Shown: positions 33,129-44,233 of the stretch, in pieces | How the letters are laid out: every line of letters begins with the position of its first letter | How positions within the stretch are numbered: position 1 is the stretch's first letter | Assembly (NCBI GenBank): GCA_964422015.1 | Contig: CAYQZK010000001.1 | Location: 1-45,909, forward strand | DNA length: 45,909 bases | DNA from: an uncultured Methylotenera sp. | GTDB lineage: Bacteria; Pseudomonadota; Gammaproteobacteria; Burkholderiales; Methylophilaceae | Reading direction: 5' to 3' | Position numbers and translations under genes: made by a program | Notes under the pieces: model-generated | Seen by the model: only the letters and a program-made list of their open reading frames with translations | Told to the model about the DNA's origin: nothing | The model's database searches: none

Positions 33129-34427
33129 TTAAATAATCATGCCTGCACCAACTGTGTTGTTTGTACTCTCATCAATCACAATAAAAGCACCAGTAGCACG
33201 ATTGACATCATAGCTATCTACCATCAATGGTTGAGCTAATTTAAATGTGACGTTCGCAATATCATTCATTTTGAGGTCAGTTGTTGCTTGTTGCTCTAGT
33301 GTGTTTACATCGACTTTGTATTGAATAGAGGCAACTTTGGCTTTTGATTCACGCGTGGTGTGACGAACGACATAAGTGCGAGCCGTTGACATTGGTGTTT
33401 CTGATAGCCAACAAACAAAGGCGCTGATTTGTTTTACAGGTTCTTGTGCTTCACTCGATTTAACAATCATATCGCCACGTGAGGTGTCGATTTCATCTTC
33501 TAGCAACAAAGTGATACTTTGCTCTGTTGATGCTGATTGTAATTGCTCTTCGCCTAACTGAATCGCTTTAACTTTAGAAGTGTAGCCATTTGGCAATACT
33601 GTAACAGCATCACCCACAGCAATTTCACCTGATTCAATACGCCCCATAAAGCCACGGAAGTCATGCAGATCATGGTCGTCAGAAGCATGTGGGCGGCATA
33701 CAAATTGTACAGGGAAGCGGAATGGTTCAGCGTGCTCTGAATGTGCTGGAGGTGTGGCTTCCAGTGTTTCAATCATGGTTGGACCAGTGTACCAAGGCAT
33801 ATTATCTAAGCGGTCTACCAGCATATCGCCGTTTAGAGCAGACATTGGGATAAAGCTAATATCGTGACCAGTTGCCGCTTTACTTTGGGCTAAACCTATT
33901 TCGTTGGCAAAAGCCAAGTAGTCGGCACAGATTTTATCGTATACCGCTTGGTCGTAATTCACCAAGTCCATTTTGTTGACCGCCACGACGATGTGTGGAA
34001 TGCCCACCAAATGCGCGAGGTAGGAGTGACGACGTGTTTGGGTGAGTACGCCTCTGCGGGCATCAATCAAAATAATCGCTAGGTTGGCAGTCGATGCAGC
34101 CGTGACCATGTTGCGGGTGTATTGTTCGTGGCCAGGCGCATCGGCAATGATGTATTTGCGGGTGCCAGTGCTGAAGTAACGGTAAGCTACGTCAATGGTA
34201 ATGCCTTGCTCACGCTCAGCCTGCAAGCCGTCAGTTAGCAGGGATAAGTCTACAGCTTCCATGCCGCGCTTTTGCGAGGTGCGTTCCATCTGCGTCAGTG
34301 TGTCTGCCAAAATGGTTTTGGTGTCAAATAGGAGACGGCCGATTAAAGTGCTTTTGCCATCATCAACGCTACCGCATGTCATAAAGCGGAGTAGGCTATC
34401 GTTATGTTGTGTATTGGTCGTGCTCAT
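33129..34427 (-). CDS. cysN: sulfate adenylyltransferase subunit 1 (no APS-kinase fusion)
   Basis: CGSVDDGKSTLIGRLL, EREQGITIDVAYRYF, DAPGHEQYTRNM, NKMD. Confidence 0.96.
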   Translation of the reverse strand: MSTTNTQHNDSLLRFMTCGSVDDGKSTLIGRLLFDTKTILADTLTQMERTSQKRGMEAVDLSLLTDGLQAEREQGITIDVAYRYFSTGTRKYIIADAPGHEQYTRNMVTAASTANLAIILIDARRGVLTQTRRHSYLAHLVGIPHIVVAVNKMDLVNYDQAVYDKICADYLAFANEIGLAQSKAATGHDISFIPMSALNGDMLVDRLDNMPWYTGPTMIETLEATPPAHSEHAEPFRFPVQFVCRPHASDDHDLHDFRGFMGRIESGEIAVGDAVTVLPNGYTSKVKAIQLGEEQLQSASTEQSITLLLEDEIDTSRGDMIVKSSEAQEPVKQISAFVCWLSETPMSTARTYVVRHTTRESKAKVASIQYKVDVNTLEQQATTDLKMNDIANVTFKLAQPLMVDSYDVNRATGAFIVIDESTNNTVGAGMII

Positions 34428-35371
34428 TAGAAATAGCCTTCTTTTTTACGTTGTTCCATGGATGCGTCGGATGTTTGGTCATCCAGCCTTGTTGCGCCGC
34501 GCTCTGTAATGGTCGAGGTTGCGGTTTCAATTACGATTTTGCTCACAGTGTCAGCATCGCTGATGACTGGAGCGGTACAGGAAATGTCACCTACAGTTCT
34601 AAAACGCACCTGCATATTGATGATTTCTTCGCCAGCTTTTACTGGGTTGGTGATTTCACCGTTTACAAGAGGTACGTTTACAGGCACGATAGATCCGCCG
34701 CGCATAACTACATCGCGTTGGTGAGCAAAATAGATACTAGGTAGACTTAATTTTTCACGTTCGATGTACTGCCAAACGTCCATTTCTGTCCAGTTGGAAA
34801 TCGGGAAAGCGCGAATATTCTCGCCTTTGTGTGAACGTGCATTGTAAAGATTCCATAGTTCAGGACGTTGGTTCTTTGGATCCCACTGACCGAATTCGTC
34901 ACGGAAACTCATAATACGTTCTTTAGCGCGAGCTTTTTCTTCATCGCGGCGTGCGCCGCCGATGCAGCAGTCAAAGCCAAATTCTTCAATCGCTTCCAAC
35001 AAAGTGACAGATTGATGCTTGTTGCGTGATTCATCAGCGGATTTCAGTACTACAGTGCCGCGTTTCATGGAGTCTTCTACTGAACGCACAATCAAACGCT
35101 CACCTAATTCAGTCGCACGTTGATCACGGAAGTCGATAACTTCTTTGTAGTTGTGGCCGGTATCAATGTGCATCAGTGGGAACGGAAAGCGGCCTGGGCG
35201 GAAAGCTTTTTCAGCTAGACGCAAGATACAAAGCGAATCTTTGCCACCTGAGAATAGCAATACTGGATTTGAACATTGTCCAGCGACTTCACGCAGAATG
35301 TAGATGGCTTCTGATTCAAGCCAATCTAAGTGCGAAAGTGGCTGATGAGGTTTAGGTTGATTAGTTGTCAT
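34427..35371 (-). CDS. cysD: sulfate adenylyltransferase subunit 2
   Basis: LFSGGKDS, HIDTGHN, GGARRDEEKARAKER, WDPKNQRPELW, SMEQRKKEGYF. Confidence 0.97.
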   Translation of the reverse strand: MTTNQPKPHQPLSHLDWLESEAIYILREVAGQCSNPVLLFSGGKDSLCILRLAEKAFRPGRFPFPLMHIDTGHNYKEVIDFRDQRATELGERLIVRSVEDSMKRGTVVLKSADESRNKHQSVTLLEAIEEFGFDCCIGGARRDEEKARAKERIMSFRDEFGQWDPKNQRPELWNLYNARSHKGENIRAFPISNWTEMDVWQYIEREKLSLPSIYFAHQRDVVMRGGSIVPVNVPLVNGEITNPVKAGEEIINMQVRFRTVGDISCTAPVISDADTVSKIVIETATSTITERGATRLDDQTSDASMEQRKKEGYF

Positions 35372-35419
35372 TGTTTAGATCTTAGAGGTATTAAATCTTA
35401 AGTTTTGAATCTTAAAAGG

Positions 35420-36187
35420 TTATTTCTTTACGTGTAATCCACATTCTTTATTCAGTGGGTCTTCCCACCACCATCTGCCAGCACGCACGTCCTCACCCAT
35501 TGCAATGGCACGAGTGCATGGTGCACAGCCTATGCTAGGGTAAAACTGGTCATGCAGCTTATTGTAAGGTACGCTGAACATGCGAATATAGGCCCAAACT
35601 TCCTGCTCAGTCCAGTCACTTAAAGGATTGAACTTTTCTAATTGGTTACCTGCATCAAACTGGCGTAATGGTAAATCAACACGGGTAGTCGATTGTTCTG
35701 CACGCATGCCAGTAATCCATGCTTTTTTGCCTTTAAGTGCGCGTTGCAGTGGCTCAACTTTACGCATAAAACAACAGGCTTTACGTAGCTCAATACTTTC
35801 ATAGAAGGCATTGATACCATTGCTGCGCACATAGTTTTCTACTGGCTCAGCTTGTGGAAAAAATAGTTTGAGTTTGGTGTTGTAGGTGCGCTCGGTTTCT
35901 GCAATCAGATCGTAAGTTTCAGTCGGCAGGCGACCTGTGTCTAATGAAAAAATCTCAATGGCTAGTGACTCGCGCTGAATAATATCGGTCAGCACCATGT
36001 CTTCGGCGCCCATGCTGTTGGCAAAGGTGATTTCGTTTTGGTTGCCCAGCTCTTGAATGGCGGCTCGCAGCAAGGCAAGCACTTGCGCGCGCTTTTCTTT
36101 TACCGTAGCTTGTAAGGCTTCTGTCAGCTCTGGTGAAGTGGCAGGGTTGTTTGCTGCTGGGCGCAGCATGGAGACGCCATTGCTCAC
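35420..36187 (-). CDS. cysH: APS/PAPS reductase (Fe-S, APS-reductase type)
   Basis: LDTGRL, ACCFMRKVEPL, YPSIGCAPCT, RAGRWWWE, ECGLH. Confidence 0.93.
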   Translation of the reverse strand: MSNGVSMLRPAANNPATSPELTEALQATVKEKRAQVLALLRAAIQELGNQNEITFANSMGAEDMVLTDIIQRESLAIEIFSLDTGRLPTETYDLIAETERTYNTKLKLFFPQAEPVENYVRSNGINAFYESIELRKACCFMRKVEPLQRALKGKKAWITGMRAEQSTTRVDLPLRQFDAGNQLEKFNPLSDWTEQEVWAYIRMFSVPYNKLHDQFYPSIGCAPCTRAIAMGEDVRAGRWWWEDPLNKECGLHVKK

Positions 36188-36793
36188 TTACGCACCCCGA
36201 TTAACTCTGCGCCATACTGGCAAGTGATCATCAACCGCACCTTGATAGGGCTGGCTGAAGTCCTTCAGGCTTTGTAGCGCATCTTCAGCATTTCTGTCTG
36301 CGCGAATTAAATAACTGTCAAAACCTGATCGTTTTAGGAAGAATAGCTGGTCGCGCAACACGTCGCCAAAAGCACGCATGGTGTTGTTAAAAGCATAACG
36401 AGTACGCAATAAGTTGCCGAGTGAGAAAATGCGGCCATCTGCAAAGCGTTCTACATAAACTGCAATCAGTGGAAATGCATTCAGATTGGTTGTTGTATTC
36501 GTTAGGTCTTCCAGAACTTCATGCGTTGCCAGCCAGATGCCAATTTCACCCTTGCTTACGCGCTCTGCTAGAGCATCTTTACGTGCTAGGTAGACCGACA
36601 TCGGTACAATCACTTTACCCATAGCTGGAATTACGGTGTTGGCAATTTGTTCTTCAGAAATGGTTTTTTCGCCAGTCAGGCTGAAAAGTACAACTTTACC
36701 TGCTTGTTTACGAACTTCCTGTTCTGCTTTTGGTAGTTCAACCAATGTCCAGTCATCAGCAACGATGGCATTTTTGTAGATCAAATTAGACAT
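36188..36793 (-). CDS. DUF934 protein (partner gene of cysI)
   Basis: RFADGR.FS, RAFGDVLRDQL..LKRSGFD, YQ. ATG 36793 overlaps the end of cysI. Confidence 0.88.
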   Translation of the reverse strand: MSNLIYKNAIVADDWTLVELPKAEQEVRKQAGKVVLFSLTGEKTISEEQIANTVIPAMGKVIVPMSVYLARKDALAERVSKGEIGIWLATHEVLEDLTNTTTNLNAFPLIAVYVERFADGRIFSLGNLLRTRYAFNNTMRAFGDVLRDQLFFLKRSGFDSYLIRADRNAEDALQSLKDFSQPYQGAVDDHLPVWRRVNRGA

Positions 36794-38477
36794 TTTCAGC
36801 CTCGCTTTTGTTGGTGCTAATGATTGGTGTCGCGTAAACATGTTCTTTGAACGGCGTAACACCCAATCGGCGAACCGTATCGAGGAACAACTCCTCTGGT
36901 GTACGCTCTTTTAAATACACTTCAATCAAACGTTGTACCACGCCAGGCATTTCCTCTGCGGCGAACGAACGACCAATCACATTGCCAATGCTTGCGTTAT
37001 TGCCTTGACTGCCGCCGATAGTGACTTGGTACCACTCTGAGCCATCTTTATCTACACCTAAAATACCAATGTGACCAATGTGGTGGTGTCCGCAGGCGTT
37101 CATGCAACCTGAGATGTTAAGTTCAAGGTCGCCGATATCATGCAGGTAATCCAAGTTATCAAACTGCATTTGAATAGCTTGTGCGATTGGAATACTCTTA
37201 GCGTTTGCTAGTGAGCAAAAGTCACCGCCTGGACAACATATAATATCCGTGAGTAAGCCAATGTTTGGCGTAGCTAAACCATGTGCACGTGCTTTTTCCC
37301 ACACGGCAAATAAATCAGTGAGTTTTACATCAGCCAGAATAAGATTCTGTTCGTGTGAAACGCGTAGTTCGCCAAAGCTGTATTGTTCGGCTAAATCAGC
37401 AACCACATGCATTTGTGCTGTCGTAGCATCGCCTGGAGCTTTGCCATGTGGCTTCAATGAAAGCGTTACTGCGCGGTAGCCAGCTTGTTTATGAGGATGT
37501 ACGCAACGCTTCACCCATGAAGCAAAAGCTGGGTTGCTGGCTATGGCAGCATCAAAGCTTGCATCATGTGCCGACAATTTTTCATAAGGCATAGCATCAA
37601 AATGTTGAGCAACACGGGCTAATTCAGCTTCAGTAATCGTGTTTGGGTTGTCTTTTAGATGCGCCCATTCAGCATCGACTTGTTTACGGAACTCGTCAAT
37701 GCCCAGTGCTTTCACTAGAATTTTGATGCGCGCTTTGTAGGCATTGTCACGGCGACCATGCAAGTTGTAAACGCGGATAATAGCCTCGCAATAGGTGAGT
37801 GCATGTTGCCACTCCAAGTGCTCATGAATCACTGTGCCTAAAATAGGTGTGCGACCTAAACCACCGCCAACCCAAACTTTAATCGCGAGCTTATTCTCTG
37901 CATCACGATAAAACTCCATACCAATGTCGTGCATTTGCACTACTGCACGGTCTTGCTTGGTGCCTGATACGGCAATTTTAAATTTACGTGGTAGTAAAGC
38001 GAACTCTGGATGAAAGGTGCTCCATTGACGCATGATTTCAGCCATGGCGCGCGGGTCAACAACCTCATCTGGAGCTACACCTACAAATTGGTCTGTGGTG
38101 ATGTTGCGAATGCAGTTGCCTGAGGTCTGAATGGCGTGCATTTCAACTGTGGCAAGCTCAGCTAAAATCTCAGGCACATCTTCCAGTTTAGGCCAGTTGA
38201 GTTGTAGGTTTTGACGCGTGCTGAAGTGACCATAACCGTGGTCATATTTTTGTGCAATATCGCCAAGTTTGCGCAATTGTTTGCTAGAGAGCATACCGTA
38301 AGGTACTGCAATGCGTAGCATAGGAGCTTGGCGCTGAATATACAGGCCATTTTGCAAGCGTAATGGACGGAACTCATCTTCAGTGAGCTCACCTGCTAAG
38401 TAGCGGCGGGTTTGGTCGCGGTATTGGGCGACTCTTTCGTCAACAATTTGTTGATCTATTTCATCATACTTATACAT
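36786..38477 (-). CDS. cysI: sulfite reductase hemoprotein (nitrite/sulfite reductase family)
   Basis: RLQNGLY, TRQNLQ, SGNCIRN, LPRKFKIA, CPGGDFCSLA, ISGCMNACGHH. Confidence 0.93.
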   Translation of the reverse strand: MYKYDEIDQQIVDERVAQYRDQTRRYLAGELTEDEFRPLRLQNGLYIQRQAPMLRIAVPYGMLSSKQLRKLGDIAQKYDHGYGHFSTRQNLQLNWPKLEDVPEILAELATVEMHAIQTSGNCIRNITTDQFVGVAPDEVVDPRAMAEIMRQWSTFHPEFALLPRKFKIAVSGTKQDRAVVQMHDIGMEFYRDAENKLAIKVWVGGGLGRTPILGTVIHEHLEWQHALTYCEAIIRVYNLHGRRDNAYKARIKILVKALGIDEFRKQVDAEWAHLKDNPNTITEAELARVAQHFDAMPYEKLSAHDASFDAAIASNPAFASWVKRCVHPHKQAGYRAVTLSLKPHGKAPGDATTAQMHVVADLAEQYSFGELRVSHEQNLILADVKLTDLFAVWEKARAHGLATPNIGLLTDIICCPGGDFCSLANAKSIPIAQAIQMQFDNLDYLHDIGDLELNISGCMNACGHHHIGHIGILGVDKDGSEWYQVTIGGSQGNNASIGNVIGRSFAAEEMPGVVQRLIEVYLKERTPEELFLDTVRRLGVTPFKEHVYATPIISTNKSEAENV

Positions 38478-38537
38478 TTTGTACTTTTCTTACATTAAAA
38501 AATATTCAAAGCTATAGACTGCTTGCAACGCGCCATT

Positions 38538-39308
38538 TTAATGGAAAACGAGTTTCAAGCCCACAAAAATCAATATCAGGGCGAGTGTAATGCGCACCCA
38601 ATGTTCAGCCACTTTTGATGTTAAATGACTACCAATCCAGATGCCTGGAACAGAGCCTAATAGAAGTGTGCCTAATAATCCGTAATCTACAGTACCTATG
38701 CTGGCGTGCCCCAGACCTGCTACTAGTGTGAGTGGTACTGCATGTGCAATGTCTGAACCAATAATAGTGTTGATAGATCTATTGGGGTAAATAATCAACA
38801 GCGCTGTGACGCCTAGAGCGCCAGCACCTACGGAAGTTAACGTAACTAAAAATCCTAAAACTAGCCCCAGTGTGATGGTTAAAAAAGGAGTCCATTTTGC
38901 GTTGATTAAATGCTCTCTTTGCGAGAGCTTCCTTAACTGGTTGCGAAATAACACAGACAGTGAGGTGATTAATAAGGCAATGCCTAGCCAGAATTTGATG
39001 GTATTTACCGCAGCGTCTGAGGCAATATCCATGTGTTTTAAATTAAATGTTGTAAGCATAGATGCTGGTACGCTACCGTAAGCTAAATAACGTACAATTT
39101 TCCATTCAATGTTGCCAAGTTTGCCATGCGCAAAAATGCCTACTGTTTTGGTTACAGAAGCGTAGAGCAAATCAGTCCCAACCGCTAATGCTGGTTTAAT
39201 GTGAAAAAATAGCACCAGTATTGGTGTCATAAGAGATCCACCACCCACACCAGTTAACCCAACCAATAAACCTACAGCAAAGCCTGCAACTATGTAACCA
39301 AATTCCAT
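38538..39308 (-). CDS. TauE/SafE family sulfur-compound transporter
   Basis: GLTGVGGGSLMTP, AVGTDL, TSVGAGA, GSDIAHAVPL. Confidence 0.9.
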   Translation of the reverse strand: MEFGYIVAGFAVGLLVGLTGVGGGSLMTPILVLFFHIKPALAVGTDLLYASVTKTVGIFAHGKLGNIEWKIVRYLAYGSVPASMLTTFNLKHMDIASDAAVNTIKFWLGIALLITSLSVLFRNQLRKLSQREHLINAKWTPFLTITLGLVLGFLVTLTSVGAGALGVTALLIIYPNRSINTIIGSDIAHAVPLTLVAGLGHASIGTVDYGLLGTLLLGSVPGIWIGSHLTSKVAEHWVRITLALILIFVGLKLVFH

Positions 39309-39452
39309 GTGGAGTATCCGTTAATTTAAAACATTTTCTTACGAAGTTGCGCACTATATCAGCTATCAAACAGTTGTTTTAGAATATGTTATTCTATGCA
39401 TATACTCTTTTGTTATATAAAAAATGGTTGTTTAAATAGGGGTCTTTGAAAG

Positions 39453-40379
39453 ATGAAACTACACCAATTACGCTATTTACATGAAGTAGCACGGCAAAAC
39501 TTAAACATTACCAGTGCGGCAGAAGTTTTATATACGTCTCAACCGGGCGTGAGTAAGCAAATTCAGTTGTTCGAAGATGAGATTGGTTTGCAAGTTTTTC
39601 AGCGTAATGGCAAGAGGTTGACGGGGATTACAGAGCCTGGAAGTCAAATATTAGCATTGGCTGCTAAAGTGATACGCGACATTGAAAACATCAAGCGTGT
39701 TGCAGACGAATTTGGTGATGTTGAAACAGGTACGCTCACTATAGCTACAACGCATACTCAAGCACGTTATAAATTGCCAGCAGCGGTAAAGAGTTTTATG
39801 AGTAACTATCCGCAAGTTAAGTTGAATATTCATCAGGGGAATCCTCTGCAAGTTGCAGAACAAGTGGCAAGTGGTGAGGCTGATATTGGTATCGCTACAG
39901 AGTCAATTAGCAGCTTTGATAGTTTGCTGTGCTTGCCCTGTTATCAGTGGAATCGTTGTGTGGTGGTGCCACAAGGTCACCCTTTGCTGTCAGATGGAGT
40001 GCTGACCTTAGAAAAGCTGGTGGCTTATCCGTTGATTACTTATGACTTTGCATTTACTGGGGGCACATTAGTATCCAAAATATTCAGTGATGCTGGCTTA
40101 TCCCCAAATGTGGTGCTAACTGCTATTGATGCGGACGTGATTAAAACGTATGTTACCTTAGGTTTAGGTGTAGGGTTGCTCGCTAATATGGCCTATGATC
40201 CTGAACGAGATGCGCATTTAGCACGCATTGATGTGAGTCATTTATTTCCAGATAGCACAACGTATTTGGGAGTGCGTAAAGATGCATTTTTGCGTAGCTA
40301 TATGTACGGTTTTATTGAGTCAATTGCACCGCATTTTAATCGTGAGGCAGTGAACGCAGCACTTAAAATCAGTACATAA
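39453..40379 (+). CDS. cysB: CysB-family LysR regulator
   Basis: LYTSQPGVSKQI, IATTHTQARY, HQGNP, IATE, LTAIDADVIKTYV; divergent from the cys cluster. Confidence 0.93.
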   Translation: MKLHQLRYLHEVARQNLNITSAAEVLYTSQPGVSKQIQLFEDEIGLQVFQRNGKRLTGITEPGSQILALAAKVIRDIENIKRVADEFGDVETGTLTIATTHTQARYKLPAAVKSFMSNYPQVKLNIHQGNPLQVAEQVASGEADIGIATESISSFDSLLCLPCYQWNRCVVVPQGHPLLSDGVLTLEKLVAYPLITYDFAFTGGTLVSKIFSDAGLSPNVVLTAIDADVIKTYVTLGLGVGLLANMAYDPERDAHLARIDVSHLFPDSTTYLGVRKDAFLRSYMYGFIESIAPHFNREAVNAALKIST

Positions 40380-40418
40380 TCATACAAATTGTAGCGTGCA
40401 ATATTTGGGAGTTAATTC

Positions 40419-40967
40419 ATGACTAATAAATTCACCATCATCATGATCTTGATGCTTGCTTGTATTAATGTAAACGCTCAGGATTCCAGTAAGCAGGAGC
40501 TTGTAGGAAAAGTTAGAGCGGGGATGCCAGAGATTGATACTAGCACTTCAATTTATGAGCTGGCAGTAAAAGATGGTGTGAGTTATCAGGATGTGGTGGA
40601 TAGCCTAAAAAGCGTGAGTGAGGGGTTGAATTTTGTTAACCCAGCAAACTTTCCTATTGCAGAACATATACAGAAGCGTGGCATAGATCCGCAAGGGGTT
40701 AAAGAGGTGCACAGCTATTGTAATTTGAGCTTAGGTACGGAAATTGTGCTGGATCATCCAGAGTTTCTAGTGTTTGCACCATGCCGTATCGCGATTTACG
40801 AAAAGCTAGATGCACAAAAAAAACTTAAATTGTATATTGCCTTGGCGCGCCCAACTTTTGATTTAAAAAGTATTAAAAACCCTACACTTCGAGCACAAAA
40901 ATCAGCGCAGGAGTTGGAAACTACTTTGCTGGAAATTATGGATAAAGCCAGTAAGGGTGATTTTTAA
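40419..40967 (+). CDS. secreted DUF302 domain protein
   Basis: Signal peptide ending VNA-Q; YCN and FAPCRIAIYE motifs; GGGAG RBS. Confidence 0.75.
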   Translation: MTNKFTIIMILMLACINVNAQDSSKQELVGKVRAGMPEIDTSTSIYELAVKDGVSYQDVVDSLKSVSEGLNFVNPANFPIAEHIQKRGIDPQGVKEVHSYCNLSLGTEIVLDHPEFLVFAPCRIAIYEKLDAQKKLKLYIALARPTFDLKSIKNPTLRAQKSAQELETTLLEIMDKASKGDF

Positions 40968-41026
40968 TTAATACTTCTATTCATGAAACGTAGTTTCTTA
41001 CAATTAATAACAGGTTAAAAACAACG

Positions 41027-42523
41027 ATGACCAACCCAATCTTAATCGCAAAAAATCAAGAAACCTCAAGTTTCCTATTGCCAAAAATGGCTAACCGTCA
41101 TGGCCTGATTGCAGGTGCTACAGGTACGGGTAAAACCGTGACATTGCAAACCCTAGCTGAAGGTTTTTCTAAATTGGGTGTGCCCGTTTTTATGGCCGAT
41201 GTGAAGGGTGACTTATCGGGGTTATCTCAGCAGGGTGGTGGTAATCCAAAAGTTGAGGCGCGTATTGAGCAAATGGCGCTCACTGATTTTAGTTATTCAA
41301 AATGTCCAGTCACATTTTGGGATGTATTCGGTACAAAAGGGCACCCAGTGCGCACGACGATCGCAGAGATGGGGCCGTTATTGTTAGCCCGTCTATTAAA
41401 TCTAAATGAAGTACAAAGTGGTGTGTTAAATGCTGTATTCAAAATAGCTGATGATAAAGGCTGGCTATTGCTAGACCTGAAAGACCTGCGCACCATGATG
41501 CAACATGCTGCTGAAAATGCACAGGAATACATGACGCAATACGGCAGCATCTCGGCAGCTAGTGTTGGTGCAGTTCAGCGGGCACTTCTGGAGATGGAAA
41601 CACAAGGTGCTGACGCGTTTTTTGGTGAGCCAGCACTGAATTTGGATGATTTTATTCAAACTGACGCGCAGGGGCACGGTGTAATTAATATTTTAGCCAG
41701 TGACAAGTTGTCTAACGCACCACGTATTTACGCGACATTATTGCTTTGGTTGCTTTCTGAATTGTTTGAAAAACTGCCTGAAGCTGGGGATTTAGATAAA
41801 CCGAAACTGGTGTTCTTTTTTGATGAAGCGCATTTGTTGTTTAATGATGCGCCTCAAGCTTTGCTAGAGAAAATTGAGCAAGTGGTACGTTTGATTCGCT
41901 CTAAAGGCGTAGGCATTTATTTTGTCAGTCAAAATCCATTGGATATTCCTGATGTGGTGTTAGGTCAATTGGGTAACCGTGTGCAGCATGCTTTGCGCGC
42001 TTTTACACCACGGGATCAAAAAGCAGTGAAATCTGCGGCGGATACTTTTAGAAGCAATCCTAAAGTGGATGTGGCAACAGCCATTACAGAGTTGGGCGTG
42101 GGGGAGGCTTTGGTTTCATTTTTAGATGAAAAGGGTACGCCCACACCTGTTGAACGTACTTTTGTTTGCCCTCCTAGTAGCCGTATTGGTCCGGCAACAG
42201 ATGTTGAGCGTAACCAAACAATTCAGACTTCTGTGGTGGCGGGTTTCTATGAAAAATCAGTTGATCGTGAGTCTGCGTACGAGATCTTGAAAGGTCGCGC
42301 AGAGCAAGGAGCAACTGAAGCGCAGTCAGAAGAAAGTGGCTTTAATTGGGGCAGCATACTTGGAGGCGGCGGCAACGATAATAGCCAGAAGCGATCACCA
42401 GGTCGCCAGTCTGATGGCGTATTAGAGGCCGTGGCTAAAAGTGCAGCGCGTACCATAGGCTCTGAATTGGGTCGGCAGATTATTCGCGGTGTGTTAGGCA
42501 GTATTTTGGGTGGGCGCAAATAA
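41027..42523 (+). CDS. DUF853/YjgR HerA-FtsK-like ATPase
   Basis: [47 protein letters not shown]-terminal RGVLGS. Confidence 0.92.
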   Translation: MTNPILIAKNQETSSFLLPKMANRHGLIAGATGTGKTVTLQTLAEGFSKLGVPVFMADVKGDLSGLSQQGGGNPKVEARIEQMALTDFSYSKCPVTFWDVFGTKGHPVRTTIAEMGPLLLARLLNLNEVQSGVLNAVFKIADDKGWLLLDLKDLRTMMQHAAENAQEYMTQYGSISAASVGAVQRALLEMETQGADAFFGEPALNLDDFIQTDAQGHGVINILASDKLSNAPRIYATLLLWLLSELFEKLPEAGDLDKPKLVFFFDEAHLLFNDAPQALLEKIEQVVRLIRSKGVGIYFVSQNPLDIPDVVLGQLGNRVQHALRAFTPRDQKAVKSAADTFRSNPKVDVATAITELGVGEALVSFLDEKGTPTPVERTFVCPPSSRIGPATDVERNQTIQTSVVAGFYEKSVDRESAYEILKGRAEQGATEAQSEESGFNWGSILGGGGNDNSQKRSPGRQSDGVLEAVAKSAARTIGSELGRQIIRGVLGSILGGRK

Positions 42524-42550
42524 GAGTTTATAAATTTTTAGAGAGCTTAA

Positions 42551-44233
42551 ATGTTAAGCGATATTGAAATAGCCCAATCTGCAGGGCTACAAAAAATCAC
42601 AGCGATTGCGCATAAGTTGCACCTCAATGAGGATGATTTAATTCCTTATGGGCATCACATTGCTAAGCTCAGTGTTGGCTGCATTCAAAATCTAAAGCAA
42701 AAAACAGATGGTAAATTGATTTTAGTGACTGCCATTAGTCCAACACCTGCAGGTGAAGGTAAAACCACCACAACGATTGGTTTGGCGGATGCGTTAAATC
42801 AAGTATTACAGGGTGATAAGCAGGCAATGGTCTGTATGCGAGAGCCTTCACTAGGGCCTGTGTTCGGCTTAAAAGGCGGAGCAACAGGGGGTGGTTACTC
42901 GCAAGTGGTGCCAATGGAAGATATTAACCTGCATTTTACGGGTGATTTCCATGCCATTAGTAGCGCTAACAATTTACTTGCTGCTTTAATCGATAATCAT
43001 ATTTATCAAGGCAATGCGCTCAATATAGACGCTGCAAGCATTACTTGGCGGCGTTGCATGGATATGAATGACCGTGCGTTACGCAACATTACACTGCATA
43101 GTCAGGCTAAAGATGGCAAAGTCTGTGACAGGCAAACGGGATTTGATATTACTGTAGCTAGTGAGGTGATGGCGATATTTTGTTTAGCGACTTCGCTTGA
43201 AGATTTACAAGCCAGATTGGCGAATATTCAGATTGGATTAAGCACTACTGGTCAAGCAATATTGGCTGGTGATTTACAAGCTGAGGGTGCAATGACGGCA
43301 TTGCTGAAAAATGCATTTCTACCAAATCTTGTACAGACATTAGAGCATACCGCTGCGCTAGTACACGGCGGTCCATTTGCCAATATTGCGCATGGGTGTA
43401 ATTCGGTGATTGCCACTCAGGCGGCATTGAAACTGGCGGACTATGTAGTTACAGAAGCTGGCTTTGGCGCGGATTTAGGTGCTGAAAAATTTATTAACAT
43501 CAAGTGTAGAAAAACTGGTTTGCAGCCAGCGGCAGTGGTTTTAGTGGCCACAGTGCGTGCGCTTAAATTTCATGGTGGTTTAGATGTTGCGGCTTTAAAT
43601 CAAGAGGATTTATCTGCATTAAAACTGGGAATGGCAAATCTACAAAAACATGTACAAAATCTTCAGCAGCATTTTGGGTTGCAGGTTGTCGTGGCCATTA
43701 ATCACTTTGTGACAGATACCGATGCGGAAATTACTTTGCTGCAAACAGAAGTAGAAAAAATGGGTGTTAAAGCCGTGGTTTGCAAGCATTGGGCGCAAGG
43801 AGGTGTCGGTGCAAAAGCATTAGCGCTTGAAGTGCTGAAAATCGTTGAGCAAACCAGTAGCACTTTTAAATTGTTATACCCAAATGACATGTCACTGCTA
43901 CAAAAAATTGAAACAATTGCCAAAAAAATATATGGCGCTGCTTCAGTGGAGTGGTCTGCAACTGCAAAAAATAGTCTTATCGTTTTGGAAAAAAACTATG
44001 GGCATTATCCTGTTTGTATTGCCAAAACGCAGTATTCATTTTCGTCAGATGCAAAGCTTAGAGGTGCGCCTACTGGACATGTGCTGCAAGTGCGAGAGCT
44101 CAGGTTGTCGCGGGGTGCAGAGTTTGTCGTCGCGATTTGTGGTGACATGATGACCATGCCGGGCTTGCCTAAGCTGCCTGCTAGTTCACGTATCGGTGTG
44201 AGCCAGCATGGTACGATTACTGGGCTAAGTTAA
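42551..44233 (+). CDS. fhs: formate-tetrahydrofolate ligase
   Basis: [65 protein letters not shown]. Confidence 0.97.
   Translation: MLSDIEIAQSAGLQKITAIAHKLHLNEDDLIPYGHHIAKLSVGCIQNLKQKTDGKLILVTAISPTPAGEGKTTTTIGLADALNQVLQGDKQAMVCMREPSLGPVFGLKGGATGGGYSQVVPMEDINLHFTGDFHAISSANNLLAALIDNHIYQGNALNIDAASITWRRCMDMNDRALRNITLHSQAKDGKVCDRQTGFDITVASEVMAIFCLATSLEDLQARLANIQIGLSTTGQAILAGDLQAEGAMTALLKNAFLPNLVQTLEHTAALVHGGPFANIAHGCNSVIATQAALKLADYVVTEAGFGADLGAEKFINIKCRKTGLQPAAVVLVATVRALKFHGGLDVAALNQEDLSALKLGMANLQKHVQNLQQHFGLQVVVAINHFVTDTDAEITLLQTEVEKMGVKAVVCKHWAQGGVGAKALALEVLKIVEQTSSTFKLLYPNDMSLLQKIETIAKKIYGAASVEWSATAKNSLIVLEKNYGHYPVCIAKTQYSFSSDAKLRGAPTGHVLQVRELRLSRGAEFVVAICGDMMTMPGLPKLPASSRIGVSQHGTITGLS

Noticed and set aside
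35372-35419. ATCTTA occurring three times between cysH and cysD
   Set aside because: Short AT-rich motif with no clear dyad; chance cannot be excluded.
41027-42523. HerA-like ATPase as a possible anti-phage or conjugation component
   Set aside because: Motifs fit the housekeeping-like DUF853/YjgR family, and no nuclease, SIR2 or T4SS partner is adjacent.
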